Positions 10,410-19,882 of a stretch of 64,000 nucleotides of DNA are shown one piece after another. This DNA comes from Naegleria gruberi. Its lineage: Eukaryota. Where the stretch lies: NCBI GenBank assembly GCA_000004985.1, contig GG738883.1. One strand, 5' to 3'. Both the position numbers and the translations under genes were made by a program. The notes beneath the pieces are model-generated. The model saw only the letters and a list, made by a program, of their open reading frames with translations. It had not been told where the DNA came from and did not search any database. How positions within the stretch are numbered: the first letter of the stretch is position 1; every line of letters starts with the position of its first letter.

Positions 10410-10514
10410 TTCAATATACTTAATTTTTTTGAGCATAAAATTATTTATCAACTCAATTTTATTGTTTACAATTTGTCGAAATACTAACGTTGCATCGTTC
10501 CTCGCAACTCTACA
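10385..10514. repeat. Retroelement terminal direct repeat A1 (about 130 bp); contains the gag ATG
   Basis: Near-identical to 6537-6666 (tcgccttgcttggtgtttgaaccatttcaatatacttaatttttttgagcataaaattatttatcaactcaattttattgtttacaatttgtcgaaatactaacgt[t/g][a/g]catcgttcctcgcaactctaca). Confidence 0.85.
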
Positions 10515-10568
10515 ATAACTAGCAAACATACATTGTACACAAATGCAGAGTTGTTTCAAACGTTAAAT

Positions 10569-11126
10569 ATGGAAATATGGAAACTCAAATATCCAAGATT
10601 ATTTGAACTTTTTAGAAAAAACCTTTCTATGTTTTCAGAAGAAATAGGTGAAATAGCTTTTAGTATGATGGCTTCTAATCAAAATCTTTACACTGAGAGT
10701 GCAATGTTGAAAAATAAGCGTAGACATTTCAAAATTCTTAACAAAATCCATGAGGTGAATAATGTTTTCAACGAAAGTAATACTTTTAAAGACGAATCAG
10801 TGGATAAACAAGGATTTCACTATGGCAGTACAGAGGTGCAAGAGTGTATTTCTGAGTTGAAATTAATAATTGAGGAAACAAATAATGGCTCATTAAGAAG
10901 ACAAAATTATGAAACAAGGAAGAAAAGATATGTGTTGCTTCCTTCATTGGTAATGATTGACCAAAAAACGGTGAAAAAGTGTTATCTTGAAAACAATGAT
11001 CAAGAATTAACCAAGGCTCTTAAAGTATTAAGAAGGGGTTTTCTTGGTAAAAAAACAATTGATGAAACCAAAGAGAAGGTTATTAAGTGTCTTTATAAGC
11101 ACAACATTATGACTCCCCAAGAATAA
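10569..11126 (+). CDS. Hypothetical protein (first ATG 10569; frame is open back into the retroelement repeat from 10488)
   Basis: ORF-track start at 10533 is TTG. MEIWKLKYPRLFELF... from the first ATG. No family recognised. Confidence 0.4.
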   Translation: MEIWKLKYPRLFELFRKNLSMFSEEIGEIAFSMMASNQNLYTESAMLKNKRRHFKILNKIHEVNNVFNESNTFKDESVDKQGFHYGSTEVQECISELKLIIEETNNGSLRRQNYETRKKRYVLLPSLVMIDQKTVKKCYLENNDQELTKALKVLRRGFLGKKTIDETKEKVIKCLYKHNIMTPQE

Positions 11127-12084
11127 AAATATTTATTTTCAAATATATATATATATTTAATTGCTTTCTATTGATGATCATTTTAATAAATTTATTGGAA
11201 ATAACATATAATACTAATATATACACCTCTTTATTACTACCACAAACAGCCTTAATTCCTTAAATACAAAATGATAATCCTAAGCAAGTCTTGAAATTAA
11301 TCAAGTCATATATTAAATGTATTGATTGTTGTAATGAACTGGAATATACTTGTTAGGCCTGTTTGGAAGGGTCAAGAATAACACACGGAACCTTTTTTCC
11401 TTGATATCTCAATGATACGTTTCGGATCTTCAATAGCTAGCTGTATTGAATAAAAGTCATTAGAAAAGGACTCAACCTGACAAACCTTCTTTGTTTTTGT
11501 ATCAAAGCATCTCGTTTCTTACTCACTTCATAGTTGCCAGCAATACGTTGTCCTGAATTTAAGGGTTCATTCAGATCAAGAAGATCACATAATTGACACG
11601 TATCATAATACGTAATGGATTCTATTGAACTTGTTCTGCGGGTGTTAAAGGATTAGCAAGATTTGTTGCCGTAAAGAAGGCACCTCCAAATTTTCTGTGA
11701 ACTGAGCTTGTAAAATGCTGTTGATTGTACTGCCCTTTAGCAATGAATTCTGCCTTTTTGGAGAAGGATGGCCATGATTCCAGTTCTTTATCATAGCAAC
11801 AAATTTGAGAGAGTTGCCTTTCAATCTTGATTTAAAATTGGAGATTTTGATTTCATGCCCTGATCAGATTCGGATTCAGATAATAACTAAGCTGGTACAC
11901 CAAAGTCTAAAATCAAGATATCATCCAATTATCGCACTTGACTATTCAACATGGCGATCAAGTAAATGTTAACGTTGAAATTTGTGCTCTCAGATCTTAC
12001 ATGTTTGCACATCAATTTTAAAGAAACCAATAACAGCTTGACGGATCAGAAAAGCAATTATTATTCAAGATTATTTTCGAATGT

Positions 12085-12333
12085 ATGGGCAAAAGTTTTG
12101 AGAGAAATAAGAGCAAGCTTACCAAGTCCAAGAGCAAAGCTAAAGCAAAATTGGAGGGTGAGAATTCAAATAGTGAATCCACTGTAAATGAAGTTGAAGA
12201 GATCCTTAAGAAGAAATCGAAGAAAGGTGATAATGATGTATCAAAGAAGAAGAATGAAAAGAACAACAGTAAGAAGAGAGTTAGAGAGGAAATTTCAACA
12301 GATTCAAACAGTTCTACTAATTCTGATAATTAA
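12085..12333 (+). CDS. Small lysine-rich, low-complexity protein (82 aa)
   Basis: ATG verified at 12085. KSKSKAKAKLEG...KKKSKKGDNDVSKKKNEKNNSKKRVRE. Could be a short basic nuclear protein or chance ORF. Confidence 0.3.
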   Translation: MGKSFERNKSKLTKSKSKAKAKLEGENSNSESTVNEVEEILKKKSKKGDNDVSKKKNEKNNSKKRVREEISTDSNSSTNSDN

Positions 12334-12554
12334 TTGTAAACAATCACGTCCTTTCGGAATTTAATTTAATAAAAAAAATGGGAAGACACATTTTAACTTC
12401 CTTGCAACAATTTCGGTTAGTTGTTTTATTAGATTATTCACTCTGAATTCATCATCATTTTAGAATGTGTTTCTTCATGTAATTGTGTTGGTAATTGTTA
12501 TTATGTAAAATTGAATGTAAAGAGGGCCCAAAGTAATGGTAATTTGTTATTTAA

Positions 12555-12865
12555 TTTATTTATGTAGGTTGATTTGATGAAGATTTTAATGCAATAGGTG
12601 AGTCGGAGTACTACAATAATTTAATGGTAATTTGTTTAATTTGTTTAATTTATTTACAATTATTCAATTTAAATACAATAATATTAATTGATATTCAACA
12701 ATTTAATTAATCAGCAATGGTATTTGCAGAGGTTGATTTGATGAAGATTTTAATTCAATCGAGTGAGTCACGAGTATTACAATAATTTAATGGTAATTTG
12801 TTTAATTTATTTAATTTATTTAATTTATTTAATTTATTTACAGTTATTCAATTTAAATGCAATAG
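12555..12865. repeat. Two copies of a ~120-140 bp AT-rich tandem repeat with embedded (TTAATTTATT)n microsatellite
   Basis: Seen directly: gttgatttgatgaagattttaat[g/t]caat...ggtaatttgtttaattt(a/g)tttaattt...caattattcaatttaaat[a/g]caata occurs at about 12555-12672 and 12726-12865. Confidence 0.6.
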
Positions 12866-15214
12866 ATTTATTGGGTAATGATGAATAATTTAATAGTAAG
12901 TAGCTTGTTGTTGTTTCATTTCTGATGAATTAGATGAGAGGAAGTGAACGCTTTTAGTTGGAAGCAGGAAGTGAGTGAGTATATTTTTTTTCAGATGGAT
13001 TTAGTCGGAATTTCGGAACTTGGATTGACGACAACTCGACTTGGAATTTTATTAGAGTTGTGTGTAAATCATTAACAGTTTTTCGTTAATGATTGATGAC
13101 AATTATGAGGCAAATTTTATTGTGAAATATTGACGATTTTTCGCTAATGATTAACGTTTTTTGATAACAATTTTTCAATAATATTTAACGTTAAACATTA
13201 TTGAAAAATCGTCAATAATTTACGATAAAATTTAGCGTTAATTTACCTGTAAATTTGAAATTTTTTTCCCAACAAACGTTTACGTTTTTATTTCGTTTTT
13301 TTTGTTAATTATTAACGAAAATCAATAAAGTTTGACTTGAATTTTTGTTAACAAAAGTGCGAAAAAATTAATGAAAAAATAAAAATATTTACGTGGAAAT
13401 ATTTTAGCGGGATATACGAAATAAACCCGTATAAAAAATTATTCAGTAATATTCGGTCGCATCTGTAAGAAATCAACAAGAACTTGGAAAAATATTTCAA
13501 AAATATTGGATCAACATCAGGTACATCACGACTCTGTTGATTCTTGGAGTAGTTTCACATCTATTAACTCCAAGAATTTCACCACATCATCTCATCATCA
13601 TTTAAATAATAGTATTACTAGTAATTTTTGGAATTTAATCCTTCATCATGATTTGGAAATAATTTTATTATTTGGAAAAATTCAAGTTGGTACATCATCA
13701 TCGGAACAACTACCAACCATCATCATTGTTATTTATCATCATTATAATAGTAATATTTGTGGAAATAAATCTGATAATAGTAATATTTTAGTGAAATTTA
13801 ATATGGCCATCGTCATCACTGCCAGATTCACATGATAATTTGGAAAACTTTTAATCTAGTATTGTTCAGCATGGTCGATTCCATCAGGTAAAATCACTTC
13901 CGAACATTTCCCTATTGTTTATCATGATGGTAGGTACATGTATATTTTCAACATGTACATGGACCATATCTCAACATGTACTTCACCAACTTGGAAAATG
14001 TCTTTCATCACTACTATTCAAATACATAATAAACAATATATTTATTATCAGATTTTCATCATTTTGTGTTTTTGTCAACTTCGGGTTATTCATGGTCACC
14101 AATCATGATTCATGCCAAAAGTACACAGTCAATCTTCTTGAAACATTAATAAACTTTTATTAGTACTATTGTAGATGTACTATATCAATTATTTCGTCTT
14201 GTTTCGTTGAAATCATGAAGATTTGGATTTTTCTGTTTTTAATTAAATTTCATATCACCTACACCATATTTGTTGATGTAAACTAGACTAGTTACATGTA
14301 AATAATCCATTGTTGATTCTCTAATCATGTTTTATTGTGTTTTTGTGTATTTAGGTTTTTGAAATCTTGCAAATTATTCTGAGGTTGTTCTTCATATAAA
14401 TATGATTTCTCACTTCATGATATGAGGAGGGATTGATATCATGATTGTTTGGAAGTGTTGTACAAATTTTGGACACTCCCTGAATTGAAATCAGGAAGAA
14501 AGAGTCTAATCTTTAGCACCATATAAAATATGACTTTTGACGATGGTTTTGGTCTATTGGTTGTTTCCTCAAATATTGGAAAAGGAGAATGATAAACACC
14601 TTTTCTCAACATATTCTTTATTTATGGAAGTTATGACCATAAGAATGAATTTCGCATTACCAAACCATGCGAATTTATTTAGTATGAAATTTATTCGCAT
14701 AAATTTTATTCGAATATAATTGCCTGGAACAGGATCAATACTATCCTGTCTGCCACAATGACAAGTTCTTCCTGTAGACGATTATTGTAACAACAAGAAA
14801 TGTGAAATAAAACAATTTTTGTTTAATTGAAATTTTTTAAAACTCGTTTTTTCTCTTTTTCAGTGTTGAGTGTTTTCTGAGCATTCTCAAAACAACAATC
14901 CGAGATGAAATGAGTACTGGTTCACTTGTGTACTCACTTTCGAATCCTAGTATGAAAGGAATAGTGTGCTCATTTTAAAAAAACTCTCGAGAAAAAAATT
15001 TACTGGGCAATAAAAAGAGGTACTCAAACATCTTACAGTCATTTGTAGATTTTCAATAGGATTGGATAGTGGATTTGACTGTGTGGACAATCTTTCATTT
15101 TGGATTTACCTACCGGATATGTTATAAAAATCGTTTTGGGATCATAAATAGTGATTTTTTTGTTTATTGAAAGGTCACTCATTTCCTCTTTGCAATCCTA
15201 TTTAGTTGCATGAG

Positions 15215-16006
15215 ATGGCAAATTCAGAAGAGTCAAAACAAAAAAAAATGATCAAAAGTCTTCTTAACTCATATTTGCTGTTGTTTGTATTGATTGTGTA
15301 CGTGAATTGTGCAAATGTGTTGATCAATGTAAAAGATCTACCTAATGATGCAGTTGTAGAGATCTCTGGTGATAACCCAATTACTATTACTATTCCAAAT
15401 AGAAGTTACACTACACCTTTCAGTTTAAAACTTGATGGAGTCAAAAAATTTGTGTCTTCCTCGGTAGGATGTAAAATTTATACATTTGATGTTTCATTGG
15501 ATAAGCCTTATTACAAAGGAAATTCTTCAATAAGAACAGATATTCAAAATATTTTCTTTGGAGATCGTGTACGCTACAGATTTACAGACAGTAGATGCTT
15601 TCGTTTTGGATCAGAATTCAGTTTGTACCCTACTGCTGATGGTGCTGAAAGTGTTTGTGGATGTTCAACATTCTTTACGATAATACATACTGGATTCGGA
15701 TTGGTAGACAATTCTACTATTCCTGATGCCTATTATCCTTTGACAATTACCATCAAACCAAAGTTCCAACAATATTCCACACGCCAAGAGTATTATTGTA
15801 CAGTCAATTCCATTTCTTGTTCTAAACAACACTGTGGATGCAATTCTGGAGGAGTTAATCTTGATGAAAGTAGTTTTTTGTTTCCTCCCGTAAGCAATTC
15901 AATTAATAGATATGGAAGTACAAGAAGTGTTTCATTAGCCATAACAATTTCACAAAATATTTATTTAATAATTTTATTGATTTTCTTCTTTTTGTATTTA
16001 CAATAA
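15215..16006 (+). CDS. Putative secreted/GPI-anchored cysteine-containing surface protein
   Basis: First ATG at 15215 (ORF-track start 15206 is TTG). N-terminal hydrophobic segment LLNSYLLLFVLIVYVNCANV. Many N-glycosylation sequons. 12 Cys. C-terminal hydrophobic tail IYLIILLIFFFLYLQ consistent with a GPI signal. Confidence 0.5.
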   Translation: MANSEESKQKKMIKSLLNSYLLLFVLIVYVNCANVLINVKDLPNDAVVEISGDNPITITIPNRSYTTPFSLKLDGVKKFVSSSVGCKIYTFDVSLDKPYYKGNSSIRTDIQNIFFGDRVRYRFTDSRCFRFGSEFSLYPTADGAESVCGCSTFFTIIHTGFGLVDNSTIPDAYYPLTITIKPKFQQYSTRQEYYCTVNSISCSKQHCGCNSGGVNLDESSFLFPPVSNSINRYGSTRSVSLAITISQNIYLIILLIFFFLYLQ

Positions 16007-16293
16007 ATCATAAATTCTATTTACATTAAAAATTTTACTTTTTAGAAAGAGAGTATGAGATTGCCAGATCAATGACACAATTTCAGCTCTTAAGAGAAAA
16101 TGGCTAAACGTCACAAAGCTTGATCAGCAGAAAAGAAGCAAGTGCAAACAAATGATTGAGGAAAAGGATTCTATATTAAGCTGCTCCAAAATCGACCTTG
16201 TTACCAATGTGGAAGATGTAATTGCTTTCAGGGGATGATATTCCAAATATATTCCTCCTCCCTTACTGCTTTATTTCCAGTGAATAAGCAATT

Positions 16294-17320
16294 TTGAATG
16301 TACTTAGGACAATTATTACTGCTCAAAAGATAAATGGCCAATCAAAACTCATTCCAATCTATGGAGCTAATCTGTTCATATTTCAAAATGGCCAGTTTAT
16401 GAAATCTAACTTAATAGTGGATAAATACTCTTCCATTCAATGGAGACAATCTACATTAACTAACATCAACGCACCAGGTGGTATTGCCATTCACAACCAA
16501 AACATCATCTTCTCAGATTCGTACAACAATCGAATACTTTCGAATGGAACAATTATCACAATTGCTGGAAATGGTTGTAGCGGTTACAATGGAGATAACA
16601 TGTTAGCTACATCTGCTCAGATCCTAATGGCTTGGCAGTCAATTCTCTTGGTGAGATTCTAATTGATGACACGTATTACAATCGTATTCAAAAGATACTT
16701 TCGAATGGGACGATTATTACCGGTGATGAAACTTTCAATGGAGATGGTATTCTAGCAACGAGTGCCAATATTAAAAACCCAAATGATGTTGCAGTTGGTA
16801 AATTGGGAAGAAATTTACATTGCTGACAGCAACAATCGAATAAGAAAAATACTTTCGAATGGAATTATAACAACAATAGGAGGAACTGGCGCATGTGATT
16901 TCAATGGAGATGGCATGGATGCTACAACTTCCAATATGCTCTCCAACTGGTATTGTGATCAATTTGGTCAATTGTACATTGTTGATTTTATGAATGGAAG
17001 AATTCGTAAAATTTATACGAATGGAACCATTACAACAATTTTAATGGAGATGGAAAATTGGCATCCACTATGGAGCTAGTTATTGTACTGAAGTGATGGT
17101 AGGTCAGATATTGAAACAATCGAGTGGGGTACTGGATTATATTCACAAACAATTTGGGTAAGTTTTTGAAAATTCTATTGTAAATGTAAAATGGTAGAGT
17201 TATTCATAGAGATATCAAACCTAATGAATTAGCCGAGTTGGTATTGAGTATGTTGGAGAAGGATCCAGAGAAAAGACCGGATGCTAGCTCCATTTTGAAA
17301 CATAGTTACTTTAAAAAGTA
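16294..17320 (+). pseudogene. Gene-fragment mosaic: frameshifted NHL-repeat beta-propeller pseudogene followed by a spliced, internally deleted protein-kinase fragment
   Basis: NHL blades (NNRIRKILSNG[T]IITTI[GA]G[NT]G) occur in three different frames across 16294-17079. At 17103-17320, ...ILKQSSGVLDYIHKQFG|gtaagt...ggtag|VIHRDIKPNELAELVLSMLEKDPEKRPDASSILKHSYFKK stop. This is kinase subdomains VIa-VIb joined directly to subdomain XI, with no DFG/APE segment. Confidence 0.5.
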
Positions 17321-17380
17321 ATTCGTTTAGTTTGTAAATTATTAAATTCTCTTGGGTCACTAAGTTTAGTGATTGAGAAT

Positions 17381-19462
17381 TTATACCATTGATTGCATGG
17401 ATTGAGAATCGGTCGTTGAATGTTGAGGAATATTTTGAACTGCTTTCTGATTCAAATTTTGGAATGTGTTGTGAACTTCAGTTAAAGATTCGGCTACTTG
17501 CTTCTCAACATGATCGAATAAATCCTCCGTAATAATATCAAAATCTGCATACTCATCTATTTGATTATTGAAAGAATCCAACTCTTTCACTAAGAGCTCA
17601 ACATCTGATATAGAAACTCTAGAAAGAATAGTTCTATTTTCTGTGAATTGTTCCAAATATTTCGTCCAGATATCAAATGCCATTTCTTGCTTTTGTTTCT
17701 CAATCTTTGTCAGTTTCTTATCACTCTTTCTAATGCTCTTTACAAATTCAGCCTTTCCTTCTTCATTCAAATTCTTTCCAAACACCAATTTTCCATTCTC
17801 TATTAATTCTTTTGATTTTTCAAAGAGTTCTACTTGTACCTGGACAGATTGATTACCTAGTTCCTTATATTGTCTCACTTCTTCCAGGAAGTTGAAACAA
17901 TCTTCAAGTTGACCATTACCTAAACAATAATTCTGGAAACGTTGCCTTTGAGCTGGATCCTTCATGGTATCTAGAACCATAACAGCATTAACAGTTTGGA
18001 GTTTGGTTTGATTGGCCGAAGAGGTCTTCAAGCTTATTGCAAATATCACAATAACCATTGGAATAACAATTAGAATGGACAATCCAAGCAATACCAATGA
18101 CGTAATATTTGAATAGTATCCAACATGTGTTGCAATGATACTATGATTAAACAAATTATCAAGAAATTGTGAAAGATACATCTGATCATTTGCTTCAGCA
18201 TTCATAAACTCTGAAGTGTTCATAAAGAACTGAGCTACTATCAAATTAGTCAATGGAGGTAGGTCTCTTGTTCCATTATTTCTGCCACCACCACCACCTG
18301 GCCTTCCTCCTCCTCCACCACCTCCTCCAGGAGGTCTATTTCCTCCTCCTCCACTGCCACCTTGATTGTAATATGAGCTATTTCTTAATTTATCACCCCA
18401 AGAACCAAGATTCATATTAGTTCCATTGAATGTCATATTGATGGTCAGTTCCCAAACGTTAAATATTTCCAAAGCTTGTAAAGCAGAGGTATTTCTAGAA
18501 CCATTCAAATATTGGTAATTATCATCAAAAGTTGGAAAATTATCCAAAATATTTTGAATTGAGCTTGTGAATGTTCTCTTACTTTTCTGGTAGAGCTGCA
18601 GAGGATACCTTGCTTGTACTGAACCACGATTGAAAGCTCCCAATCTGACAGCTGTCTTCATGTCATTGTAAGAAGAAATTGCTGTAGCTCTAGAAGTCAA
18701 AAGCTCAGCAACATGATACTCACTCACAGAAATATATTGTAAAATAGTAACAGCTGCAATACAAAGCAATACCAAAATATTAACTACAAGTGCCAAAACT
18801 GACATTAAAGAAACTAAACTAAACTTGACTTGCTTATATCTTCTTGGTAGACAACAACACAACATACTACAACAACATCCGCATGAAACCTTAGCAACTT
18901 CCAAATGTTTAAACATTTGCGCAATAGCTGAAAGTATACAAAACACAACCATTGCAAAACATGAAGGTTCCTTCTCAATTGTACCAGTTGTTGAACTATG
19001 TGTGTCCTTTCCAATATCATTTTCATTGAGGTCTTTGATAGCTTTACCTTTTCTTTTCAGAGAATCCTTGTCTATGGTTGGTCCCAAACCAATCGGTGAC
19101 ATGGTTGTGCCTCTCATTCCACCATACATTATTTCATCAATGGCCATCACACTATCATCATCATTTCCAATTAGGGAATCACAACTGAGATCTGTTTGTT
19201 GAGAGGAAAAATCATCGGTCATGGACATGCCACGTTCTCTTGTTAGGTTGGGAGAGAGGAATTGGGAAGAGGAGGTTTGTTGTTGTATGTCAAAGGAAGC
19301 TCTGTTCATTGTTGAATTGATCATTGGATTAGTATTCGAAATCAAACTATTCGTTTCTGTCATTCCTACTGTGAAACCTTGCTGGCTGCTTTCAATCTTC
19401 TCCTCTGCATTACCAGAAGATCCTTCCAGAGGAATAATTGTATTCTCACTACTCGTTAACAT
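17381..19462 (-). CDS. Multi-pass membrane protein (3 TM, Cys-cluster CGCCCSMLCCC, glycosylated Gly-rich ectodomain, helical cytoplasmic tail); paralog of 19883-21757
   Basis: ATG verified. TM segments FAMVVFCILSAIAQMF, LVSLMSVLALVVNILVLLCIAAVTILQYI, SLVLLGLSILIVIPMVIVIFAISL. Tail has weak RGS-like motif LEDCFNFLEEVRQYKEL (very tentative). Confidence 0.7.
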   Translation of the reverse strand: MLTSSENTIIPLEGSSGNAEEKIESSQQGFTVGMTETNSLISNTNPMINSTMNRASFDIQQQTSSSQFLSPNLTRERGMSMTDDFSSQQTDLSCDSLIGNDDDSVMAIDEIMYGGMRGTTMSPIGLGPTIDKDSLKRKGKAIKDLNENDIGKDTHSSTTGTIEKEPSCFAMVVFCILSAIAQMFKHLEVAKVSCGCCCSMLCCCLPRRYKQVKFSLVSLMSVLALVVNILVLLCIAAVTILQYISVSEYHVAELLTSRATAISSYNDMKTAVRLGAFNRGSVQARYPLQLYQKSKRTFTSSIQNILDNFPTFDDNYQYLNGSRNTSALQALEIFNVWELTINMTFNGTNMNLGSWGDKLRNSSYYNQGGSGGGGNRPPGGGGGGGGRPGGGGGRNNGTRDLPPLTNLIVAQFFMNTSEFMNAEANDQMYLSQFLDNLFNHSIIATHVGYYSNITSLVLLGLSILIVIPMVIVIFAISLKTSSANQTKLQTVNAVMVLDTMKDPAQRQRFQNYCLGNGQLEDCFNFLEEVRQYKELGNQSVQVQVELFEKSKELIENGKLVFGKNLNEEGKAEFVKSIRKSDKKLTKIEKQKQEMAFDIWTKYLEQFTENRTILSRVSISDVELLVKELDSFNNQIDEYADFDIITEDLFDHVEKQVAESLTEVHNTFQNLNQKAVQNIPQHSTTDSQSMQSMV

Positions 19463-19882
19463 CTAATTGTTTTTTTACAGAATGGATAATATTCAAAAGA
19501 CCAAACTAATTGAATAAATGTTGTGTGGCTTACATATTCTTCATCCATGAAACAAATTACATCTCTTTCTTGTCGTTGTATTTTACAATCATAACGAAAA
19601 TTGATTCTATTCTTGTCTGTGAGACTACATCTTGGGATTTTGACAACCTAAAAGAAGCAAAAGCATTTGGGATTAATTTTGTAACGAAAGCAACTCGAAA
19701 TTCATTCACCTTCTCCAACAGAATAAAATACTACTAATTAGTTCAGTGTATTACTAGAAAGACTATTCGATACTTTGTTATGAAACTTAAAGCTCATTCA
19801 AAGACCATCATCCACATGTAAAACTGCATCAATCGATTCATAATATTATCCTACTAATAACCATACAAAAAAACGAAACACA

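Larger units (their letters stand above)
5997..10514 (-). mobile_element. Tyrosine-recombinase retrotransposon (DIRS/PAT/Ngaro group), about 4.5 kb, gene order gag - RT - RNase H - conserved post-RH domain - YR, with split direct repeats
   Basis: Seen directly: ORFs with RT, RNase H and YR motifs (see sub-features). Repeats at 6537-6666 and 10385-10514 (1 mismatch) and at 6000-6048 and 6666-6714 (identical) are direct, not inverted, in the split-direct-repeat arrangement A1-ORFs-B1A2...B2. An N gap (8919-8968) interrupts RT. Confidence 0.8.

Noticed and set aside
4981-11126. Idea that the retroelement split a host gene into 4981-6000 and 10533-11126
   Set aside because: Hand splicing shows the upstream gene terminates at a TAA at 5863-5865, before the element. 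The downstream ORF merely stays open into the terminal repeat.
13506-14163. His/Ile-rich ORFs 13506-13835 and 13915-14163
   Set aside because: Low-complexity AT-rich intergenic DNA with no start context or motifs. Kept only as possible noise.
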